A stretch of DNA of 61,189 bases, the filler included, from Sphacelaria rigidula (Eukaryota), in NCBI GenBank assembly GCA_964200075.2. It is 7 parts of 7 records of this genome, joined end to end, with 100 filler letters (N's around TTAATTAATTAA, not from the genome) between each part and the next. Parts side by side here need not be neighbours in the genome. Positions count along the whole stretch, not along the records: positions 43,782 to 52,435 come from CAXNAA020010474.1; positions 52,536 to 61,189 come from CAXNAA020010475.1; 5 more parts are not named here. One strand, written 5' to 3'. Of this stretch, positions 51,401 to 61,189 are shown piece after piece (the first letter of the stretch is position 1; each line of letters begins with the position of its first letter). A model generated the notes under the pieces. The model worked only from the letters and a program-made list of their open reading frames with translations. It did no database searches and had not been told where the DNA came from. Made by a program: the position numbers and the translations under genes.

Positions 51401-54400
51401 AGCGAGGTATGCGATGAATGCACAGGACGCAGAGAAAGGTTGCTGATGAGATGGAGCTCGGCGTCCAAGGCTTTATTTCAAGAAGCGGGGTTTCACGCCA
51501 GTCCGGCGCCGTCAAGCGATGGTTGATAAATACTCTATTTTCTTCAAACCGCGACACAAACGCTAGCCCTCAACCCGGACCCATCACAAAGGCCGTAGCC
51601 ACTCTGATGGGAGATCGGAGCAACAATCTCACTACTATTTCTTTTTTGGAAAATCAATTTCTCTCTCAAATTTCAACTCGACGCTCGTCGCTCGCACGAA
51701 AAAATGGAGTGTCTCCCAAGTTTTGTGTTTTTCAAGTAACAGGTACTGTGCTTCCTTTGTGCCGCAATTAAGAATGTTGGGGTTTACAAGGAATGCTCAC
51801 CTCAATAGTATTTGGTCTACGGCATCAAAAACGATGTTAAAAACAATGTTTTCGCGAGATTGGGAGAACAGGATACGATTGAGGGTGAAAATCAGTCAAT
51901 TAGTGAGTGCCTCGTTTCAGTTCCGAAATGCCCCTCCACGAGGCCCGATATGCTTTCTGTAGTAGCTTGCCGCGGAGACCCTTGATATCCCTGAGTAGGA
52001 TATCGATGTGTAGCTGTAAGCACACGACAGTGATAAGAGACAAAGAAAAGCACACACGAAATGGAAAATTGTCCACGTACAAGCGAATGAACAAGGCCAC
52101 TCTCGATCAGCACTCTACTCTCAATCTCACGAAAATGTTGTTTAGAGTCGGTATCGTTGGAAATATGAAAACGTACGCGAAGACGAAGAATAAAAAATCC
52201 GGCACAGATCTTTGATTCGAAAGTCGGGGTCAAAAAATGATGCTAATTTGGCGACTCCTAATCCCGATTTTGCCAAATTCGACCGACTTCGCCTTTCTTG
52301 TGCTGGACATGAGATGAAACGCAACGAAGTGGTTTCGGAGAAGGCATAGCTAGCCTCCGCATGAGAAGTAAAGCGAAGGCAAACAGCTTTAGATTCCCCC
52401 CCCCCCCCCCCCCCCCCCCGCACACAGTGAACCCCNNNNNNNNNNNNNNNNNNNNNNNNNNNNNNNNNNNNNNNNNNNNTTAATTAATTAANNNNNNNNN
52501 NNNNNNNNNNNNNNNNNNNNNNNNNNNNNNNNNNNTATCCCGCTCATGGCAGCTGCCGAGCTGCCATGAGCCCTCACTCTCTCACTCAGCATCTGATCCC
52601 CCAGTCATAGGGTGAACTCAGCCTAGGCACTCTCCAATAATACAAAAGACAAAACTATCTATCCTCCGCCACGGGCCACGGAATAAGGTACTTGGTTTTT
52701 TGTGTAGAAAACACTTCAATTTGTTGTGCGAGCGTTCAACACTTGGGTTTACATTAGGGGGAACGCTTCGAAGAACTCACCGCACACCATCGCCCCCCCG
52801 GGGGAAACGGATATGCGCCCAAATGTTGGAGGTGTCTATATTAGAAGTACTGTAGGAAGGGTGCTCAGTCTCGAAAGGGATGCGTGGTCAATGGTCAAAC
52901 GACCAAGGCAAGTAACAAATAAGTACACCCCCCCAACCCTCCCCGGGGGGGGGGACGAATCAAAGCCAAACCTTCCAATATACCTACTGACACCAAGCAG
53001 CTGGAACGTCAGGTGAATAACTTAGAATAAGCGACGACTGCAATACTCAGCAACGTCAGAGGCTGGCACTCTTACTTACCCCCTCCAGCTACGTACGGCT
53101 GGCAGCAGCGCGATCTGGGGCACAAGCCTCCAGCAATTACTACACACGAACAGATGTGAACATAGATTGATTCCGTTGGCACTTATCCTCGCATATATAC
53201 TGCACTGCACAGTAAGCCGGTGCTTCGCGGTCAACACCCAAGACACGTCGCTGCTGCCCTGACTTTGAGCTGAGAGGCATTCATATCCATGACAGCGTGA
53301 GATACAGATGAACATATTACATAGGACTGTACTCTACTGTACCGTGCGGTGCTGTGCTACGCTGTGCTCTACCACCACTGTACTATGGTGTCGCAGCGCT
53401 GCATCACAAGAAAGAAACAGAGATGGGCGACGGCGGCCTGGTCAACGACAACGCAACCGCCGGAGGAGCTAAGCAGAGGCCAGGGCAGGGGTCAAAAATT
53501 CTTTGGCATTTTTTATTTTTTATTTTGTAGGAGTTTTGGTTTGGTTCTTTTTCGGAATGCTCTTGCTTTGGAGCTTTCTGCACCGTGCCGTACTCGCCAT
53601 GTGAACTTAGTGTAGTTCCGACTGTTTCTTTTGTGGGTTTTTGGTTTTTATTTTAACCAAGTACTATCGCAGTCCGAATGCGATTGTTCAATTTGAGATG
53701 GCAGGGTACGTACTGTATGCATGGACTTCAATAGACGCTTCAGAGACCTTGAGCGTGTGTGGTTGATTTTTGTGACATGTGTCGTCATCTACGCTAAAAA
53801 CAAACCAGCAAAACGTGTTTTTGGTCGTCCGTGAGGGTGGGACCCAAAATGGTCCAACCATATTTTATATTTCGGTGATGCTTGCGTGAGAGGTGAGCAG
53901 CGAAAGAATACCTAGAGACAGTACGGATCATTGACCGGGGGATCCGAAAAGTCGTTTTCGACTCTTCAACATTTCCTCGCTCTTCGCTGGAATTTTATCG
54001 TATGTCGCATTACCAAAACCCACTTTTTCAGATTGAGAGAAATAATCAGACCGATGAACCGGGACCATGCGCGGTGCCACGGGCGGTTTTGTCGCAACCA
54101 AGTAGTGCGGCTAGATACATGAGGTTCAGGGCTCTCTTGTCAAAACACGTGGACTGGGAGAAGATGCGGCGACACACAAAAAGCGCTGTGATAGATAGGT
54201 CCATGTCATTTCTGATCTTGAGTGGCTTCATCAAAACGATCATAACTCTTGGCGCACAACCGGAAGGCTTGACGGGGAATATCTCAGCTTCTTCAGCTTA
54301 AAATTACGGGGCAAGTAATCACATGCCGAAAAGAAAAAAACATTGTTGGCCACATAGCTGTAACGCGTGACCGTTGGAAACGTGATTTAAAAAAAAAGGA

Positions 54401-54481
54401 GTTTAGCTTTTCATCAGAACCCGCCTGAAGGTCTCATTTTCTCCCTAGCCATTTTTTTCGTACAGTAAAGCCCCTCAAAAG

Positions 54482-54739
54482 GTTCGTTAGAGGAACTTCG
54501 CAGGTTTAGTGGTGTAGTGCGCGGGAGGACTGCGTGGCTTTTGGGCCACATCGGAATTTGAACACCACAGGATCGACGTTTTTCAAGCCTGGTCGGGCCA
54601 GTTCCTGCAGGGACTGCCCCTGACCCCAACCCTTACGCTAACCCTAATCATTGAGGTGTTTCAAGTCCGATGGGGTCCAAAAGGCACGCGGTCCTCCCAC
54701 GCATTACACCACTAAGCCTGCGAAGTTCCTCTAGCGAAC
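54482..54739. mobile_element. Foldback MITE with ~95-bp imperfect TIRs
   Basis: GTTCGTTAGAGGAACTTCGCAGGTTTAGTGGTGTA... is mirrored by ...TACACCACTAAGCCTGCGAAGTTCCTCTAGCGAAC. Confidence 0.85.
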
Positions 54740-55439
54740 ATTGGATGCACACAGTACAGTACTAGACCTACGCCGTGCGAATATCTACTGCTTGCGATGC
54801 AACATCACGCACACCGATCTGTAGCTTTTGGTTGACTGCACACCGGTGTACGTTCCTGGAGTTGGATCCAATGAGATCTGAATGAGAATCGATACCTTGA
54901 GTAGTCGTCACATGGACAAAACAAGTCAAACAGTGAGCAAATATGCCCGTTTCTGTTTCAATTTCCGGGCGTCTTGGTGTTACGCGTCCCCTGCTGAACC
55001 GTTTTCCGTTAACTAAAGCTCCTCCTCTATAGCTGAGAAACGGCTGTCGTAATATCAAGTGCGCTTGTGCTTGGGCGTTCCACAGGCGCTGGCAATTGCC
55101 GCCGTACAGCGAGGAACCGTTACATGTGCATTGGCCCGTCAAACTTCATATGACCGTTCCCTGTGCAACGTGAGCTGGGCCGTTTGTTGTACCTATCTTG
55201 GTCAAATCACCGTTCGTTGCTTCACCCACTTCATCTGTGTGGACGCAGACCTGCCCGAAACAAACAACGAGTTGAATCAAAGTATCGGCAGTTGTACTGA
55301 TCTCCCAGCTGCCTGATGCTGTTTTGATATGGGGCGCTTTTGCGTTGTCTGCTAGTAGGTCTGAAGAGGATCTCCTCGTGAAGACTCTTCTCCTACTCCA
55401 AACGGATGGATCATCAATCATCGAGCTTCATCTCTCATC

Positions 55440-55580
55440 AAAACTGGGCTAATCAAGGCCTCCCAGACCACGAGGAACCTGTCCGGGAAGTTGGCAGAAA
55501 GAACATATTTAGACAAGAAAAGAAACAGCATAACCGAACGCAGACTCGAAACAAGGATCATGACCTCAACTGCTTGGAGC
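55440..55580 (+). pseudogene. Possible degenerate hAT transposase C-terminal (dimerisation) remnant
   Basis: One frame reads LIKASQTTRNLSGKLAERTYLDKKRNSITERRLETRIM, loosely like the hAT PAS...ERxFS...KRNSL...LE signature. Weak resemblance only. Confidence 0.3.
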
Positions 55581-57580
55581 ATTTCCAGCAGGAGGAAAAG
55601 TATAATAGGAATAAAGGAGTATATGCTGTAGAACCATGTTCACTTTAATCTTGAGCTGCTCAATACGCACAAATGCGTGCATGAAGGCGCCCCAGGGCCG
55701 TCTGTATTGAATTATACATGCGAGCACTTTTCATAAATTGTCGCGTTCAACTTGAAGTAGACTGTTTGAAACGAACACCACACAAATGCAGAGACATCCG
55801 GGGGGGAAATCATAAACTTGAAGGAAATGAAGACATAAATGTCACATATTAACGGGCACAAGTGGAAACATGTCAACCCCAAAGCAACATGATCAACGAG
55901 GAGAAACGCCTCATTGAGGCGTATGCTCGCCAGAAAGGGAGGCAGAAAACGCCAAAACGAAAAGCACAAGACGGGTTCGTATCGAAGGGGATTGTCTCCT
56001 TTTCGAAAAAAACTTTTTTCGAAAAAACTGCCGCTGATTTGTCGCTGCGAGCCGACCCTTCTCCCTCCACACCCCCCCTGGCTAGACACCCATGAGGCAG
56101 TGTGAAAGCCCTGGCTGTCTCTGGAAGTGGCGATACAACAAAATAATGCAACTCATTGTTGGCTGTCATTCAAAAGCAAGATTATCAGTAGGCTTAGGGC
56201 CGAACAATCTTAGCAGGAAGCAGCTCACCCTTCATGCGACTCCCCGAACACACCACGGCGCTTCGCGCTTGGTGGTTTGAATGCAAGCCTGGTCTGGTGA
56301 AAACCCGGCGCTCCGTCCCGGCTTTGTAGGGATGCGAGGTCAATGGTCTTATGACTATGACATGCATGATCATGAGTACACCCCCTCTTCTCCTAAAAAC
56401 GTGCCCCCGAAATCCCCTTGAATGGGAATTGTTTTGTACACCCCGAACGGCAACATAGATGTACCGTTGACAGGGGTACATGCAAAAACTCATGACACAA
56501 CCCAACACAGCGGCCAAACTGAGAACGTGGTGCCCCCGCAAACCAAAAACAGAAGTCGAGCCATAGCTGCTCATCACCTGAGCTTGTTGTGCGTGATCTT
56601 GCTCGAATCTGTTCAGAATTCAGCGAGAAACGATGACTTGTGTAAGACGCGCGCACTTCACACGCACAAAAACGGTCATAGCGGAACGATTTCGGTTGTA
56701 ATTTGAAACGCACGCAGACGCTATGTCTTCAATACAGAACGGATATAGGCCAAAAATCGACTGCCGTGTGTAGATTAGCAACGGTTAGCGCTAGAACAAA
56801 CGAGCGTGAGCGTTGATGCCCGTGCGTGGTTTTCTGGAGCTCGGTGTGCAGGTGTTGTGTTCTCTTGTCGCATTTGAATTGATCCCCCAGGTAGTCATGA
56901 TCCAGTCGTGTTCATTATCCACATGATACACGTATCCAAGACAAAAACGACACATAAACGTCTGTACTAACAGCAGTACATTAACGTTGGACTAGCGATC
57001 ACTTTCAGGACCGACGCATTTTTGAACTCCCGTGCAGATCTGAGGTTCGATCGAGACGAAACAGCTTCTCCACATGATTCGAACTTGTTGTGGGGCAATC
57101 CCCTTTCGAAAGGGGATTTTTGAAAAGGGGATAATGCCCTTCGAGAACAGCCCGCCCAATGGGTGAGAGCCCCAAAATCCTACCACACCAGCTGCTCGTT
57201 GAATAACGCCTCACTTTTCAGTGATCATGTCAAACTTATGGTTATCATGAAATCGAACTGTTTTCGACACGATATCCAACACTTATCCTTCGGAACGCTT
57301 CTTTCCAGATTGGAGGTAAGTCCCTCGTTTTCTGCAGTCTTGACCCAAACCGCGTAGTATCACGAATATAATGGAATTGCTGCAATTGAAACAATAAGGT
57401 CCTCACTGTGGGAACAATATGCTGTCCAGTTAGTCATTCCGACAGCATCAAATCCAATTATAGGTGCTGACTCATGACCTGACACACACACATAAATATC
57501 TCTATATTGCGGCGGTCAACACAATGAGGGAGATGCGTGCTATGTTGTACTTGGATGCCGGGGCGCGCTTCGGAGTAGCC

Positions 57581-57934
57581 AGTCGCCCGGTGGCTCAGTT
57601 GGTAATCTTCAAACCTTCTGACGATTTGGTCGTGTGTTTGAATCTCGGTGCAGTCACACGATCTGGGATTTTTTCTCACACAAAGCCCAAGAGTGGGGGG
57701 CGACTTTGTCATGGGTACACAAATTCGACTTCACCGTCGACGAGGGAAAGACACTGCTTAACCCCTCGCGCGATGAAAAGTAAGGCAAGCACCGCAGAAG
57801 GAAGGTGGAGAACTACAGTAGAAGAAAATAAAGACGAAAAAACTCCTGTGTTGGCCTTCCTCTTGTGTGACCCCAGCTGATGGGCCCACATAGACCGAAA
57901 AGTGTAGTCTAGCGTCCAGAATAGATGGGATGAC

Positions 57935-57996
<62 letters not shown>

Positions 57997-57999
57997 ACA
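57581..57999 (+). mobile_element. tRNA-derived SINE with (CA)n tail
   Basis: GTCGCCCGG, A box TGGCTCAGTTGG (57591-57602), degenerate B box GTGTTTGAATC, CTCGGTGCAGTC shared with the 21.8-kb copy, and (CA)n at ~57936-57993. Confidence 0.75.
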
Positions 58000-58891
58000 C
58001 AGCACAGTCCGTATCATGGCAGCCCGTCATCCGTGAAGCAGTCCAATGAAGTGGGGTCATGGGGCTTTCGAATTGGCCAATTCCCCACGTCGTCCCCATT
58101 CCCTTCGACTCCCCATCAAGAATCGATGACGTTCTGTACTTTGCTCGCATAGGGCTATTGGCTGAATCGTCCGTCGGTCATATCTAGAGGTGGGCATCGT
58201 CATCCCCCCCCAAAAAATCGGTTACCGGATAGGAGGGGTTGTTCTCATGTCAGAAAACCCGGCTAAACCGTATTTTTTCAGCCGGTTTGACATGATGAGC
58301 AAAGGGAAATGCCTCTAAATCATCGAATCGCAGGTAAATAAAGTGCTGTTGTGTGTTTCGTGTGTGGTGGGTGGATGATTGATACAGTACGCTGAAACAC
58401 ACCCATTGTCGGTGACGGCAAGATTCACTCTCACACCCCCGTACCCGTGCAACATCTGTCGAACGTACAGCACAACACTGGCTGGTGAAACCAATTTTAA
58501 TGCTTGATGGTACATGTTGTTGGCGATTACTTGAGCAGCTGCTGTTCGAAACTTGAAACTCGCATGAAGAAATCGACGAGACAGAGACAGCACGAGAGAC
58601 TACCCTGTGCGAGGAATGTGAAGAATCTCCGGCGTGAGTTATAGCGTTCAAGCCAACATAAGAGTGCCGAAAGGGGAAACTCTGCACCCCACACCCCGTC
58701 CGTCTCTACAACCCAATGCCCGAAAATATGAAAATACGAGGGAGTAGCAGCGGTAATGCTCACCCTCAACTTGGAAAATGCGCAGCCCCTTAGACAAACT
58801 CTAATGGGAGCCGTTCGAAAATCCTGTCGGAAACTGCCTATTGGGGCTTCCGTCGCTTCACGCCCAAAAAGAGAGCTAGGCATATGTTGAC

Positions 58892-60015
58892 TAGGCCCCG
58901 ACTTCTACGGCATGCCTTACTTTATGTCTGAGAGCCCCTTTTCAGACAGGGGTTGCCTGAGAGGGGGTTATGGTGTCTGAGATGCCTTATCTGGGCGAGG
59001 CAAGCCTCGGTATCACGAAAACGGGAATAAGGCAAGCAGAAACAAACGCCAACTTCTATAAAGAGGGGGCTTGGGGTTATTTCTCGTACGGGCCTCCTTT
59101 TTGAAAAATTACACAGCGACAAGGAGACAACAGATTATTTTCAACGTCAAGCTACTGTATTGCACTGCTGTGCAGTCGCGTGCTGCTGCTAGGATACCAC
59201 CATTCTGCCAGTCCAGCGGGATCATGTCTACGGTAGAGGGTCGAAGCGCTGCTGGTTCTGCACCTGCTGCATCATCTACCGCTCCAGCTGCCGCTTTCGA
59301 GACACCGCTGCAGCATTCGGAAGCGCAGCCGCCTGCAACAGCCCGGTCCCCGATCTTCGTCCAAGAAATAATATTCAGTCCCAACGGACCATCCAACCGT
59401 CCATCCCCAAACAATCTTCAACAAACTAATCAATCATTATATATAATAATAAGTGAAGCTCCTCATACTTTTAAAATAAGCTTTCAATTATTTTTCAAGC
59501 CCCGGTCTGAGCTTTTTTAGCGCAAATTAGGCGCGCTTTATGCGCCTTATTCCCGTCCTTGTTGTGGTGTAACAGTATTTAATTATTTAATTAATGAACT
59601 AATTATCATGTACGTGATAATAATCAAGGTAGTACAGAGTAGCAGAAATCGAGAGCGGTTGAGTTTGTTCTCGAAATGAGAAGATATTTTGATACTTGGG
59701 TTATGGCGCAAGCACCTTTTTTTTTCATCATTCCAGACATGAAATTGATGTTGCACGCAGCTGTGCCACGGCGCATGCACGTGCTACACGCAACACTCGT
59801 ATTCGAATTGGCACCACAGATGGGGCTTAGCCGGGTTTGCGTAGAGTGAAGAACGAGCAAAACGGAACTAGGGCAAATTCAAGGCACCATGCCTCGTCCA
59901 TTTGAGGCATCTAAGGCATGATATCGGGTCTAAGGCATTGCCTTAACTTTCGCCTGACCCCCGATTTTTTGCCTGCGCCGGGCCCTCACTCATTTGTCCT
60001 AGAAGTCAGGGTCCA
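58892..60015. mobile_element. Non-autonomous hAT-like element (1.12 kb)
   Basis: TIR TAGGCCCCGACTTCTA versus reverse complement TGGACCCTGACTTCTA, and a perfect 8-bp TSD ATGTTGAC (58884-58891 and 60016-60023). TGCCTTA/TAAGGCA subterminal repeats. Confidence 0.85.
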
Positions 60016-60199
60016 ATGTTGACGCCTCAGAATAACAAACGGTCGAGTGATGAAAGAACAGGGGAAGTTCTACCGGTATCTTCATCACCTGACCGCTGTT
60101 ACTGAAAGTGCAAGTTTGGTTTCAACTAAACCTTCGGCCGCCTCGGCCAGCGGAAATATAAGGTTGCCCTGAAACGGCCTCAACGAGTGGAGCAAATCA

Positions 60200-60390
60200 T
60201 TTCAAGGCGTCAACATCCGCCCACCAATGGACCTCAGCAGCGAATGAAGAGGGGGGTTGCCGTGGCACGCGGGAGTGCTGCAGGGAGCGAAGAGGTTCAT
60301 GACCTCATGGCACAGAAATGAAGAGGAGGCCAGCCAACTGCGTGCGATTAGACAGGAGATCAACGAAGCCCATACAGCACAGCAATGACG
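60200..60390 (+). mobile_element. RTE-like LINE ORF2 C-terminal remnant
   Basis: HQWTSAANEE / PWHAGVLQGAKRFMTSWHRNEEEASQLRA (frameshifted) parallels HDWVTAAKNMGKW...TWRREDKRRSDLR at ~1740-1860. Confidence 0.55.
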
Positions 60391-61189
60391 ACGGTCCAGA
60401 GGAGAGGGTGGGGGGGGTGGGGGGTGAACTCTCCCGATGAGGGGTGTCGTTATGTCTTGCAGTGCTTGTCTTGATACACCTGGTATGCTTCTACGCATGG
60501 CTTTCCACTTGAAAGGTCGGAAGATGCAACCTTGCGATTCTTCGTTCTTTGGTTGGGGGTATCTGCGGCCTTGAGTCTAGCCCGTTGTCGGAACCTATCA
60601 ATATTTCTACTTGGCCTCGCGCGTCGGGTTGGACAGCCGGGCGCCATCCTCTGAAGTCCGAATGGCCACCTGCGGCACCGGATCTTCTGGGGTCAGCCGT
60701 GTGTCTTCTCTTCTTCATTTTTCATTCTTCTACTGCTTGTATCGCGTTTTGTGAGTTTGAATCTAGGGTCATCTTGTTTTTTGGTTTTGTTTGATTTCCC
60801 CATACCTTTTTATCGTAGCCTGTGACCATGGAAGGCAACGTCTGCATCAGTGCCCAGGAGGAATGTACCGCGCTGATATCGGAACTATTTTAATGTGAAG
60901 ACAATTAAGACAATTAACCACATAGAGTGTGACGTGCGGTACACCATGCTCTTGTTGTCAAACTCGGCCGAGATTGAACCGGTGTAGTCGAGAAAAAAAC
61001 TCCAGAATTTTAGAAAATCGGAGACCGGTGGAGGGCCGTCAAATATCTGGGTTCCAACCGGGTCTCTCAACGGTGCCCATCTTCTCACTAGGTTCTCATG
61101 TCGTCAGAAATAAATTCTTCAGCAGTGTGTGTCTGTTGTCGTCCCATTTATTCTGGGCACCAGTCTGCACCTTTCGGTGTATGTGGGTG

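Overview
Eukaryotic, intron-rich, repeat-rich nuclear DNA. The gene style and content suggest a stramenopile, most likely a brown alga (inference only). The window is not one locus. It is seven contigs of 8658, 8657, 8656, 8656, 8654, 8654 and 8654 bp joined by artificial 100-nt spacers (44 N + TTAATTAATTAA + 44 N), as expected for a size-sorted concatenation of unplaced contigs, so neighbourhood across spacers means nothing. Gene models with phase-consistent splicing are: (i) a bZIP-PAS transcription factor with aureochrome-like architecture but no LOV motif (contig 2); (ii) five exons of a metzincin zinc protease with HEIGHNMGANH (contig 3); (iii) the 3' part of a large low-complexity protein, possibly following a Ulp1/SENP-type domain (contig 5); (iv) the first two exons of a Gly/Ser-rich protein with an RSSSAPP motif (contig 6); (v) two exons of an unknown gene (contig 1); and (vi) a signal-peptide-like first exon (contig 4). 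The rest is mostly transposon debris: RTE-like LINE 3' remnants, tRNA-derived SINEs with (CA)n tails, hAT elements with 8-bp TSDs, PIF/Harbinger and piggyBac MITEs, long foldbacks and microsatellites. I found no rRNA, intact tRNA, CRISPR array or multi-gene system.
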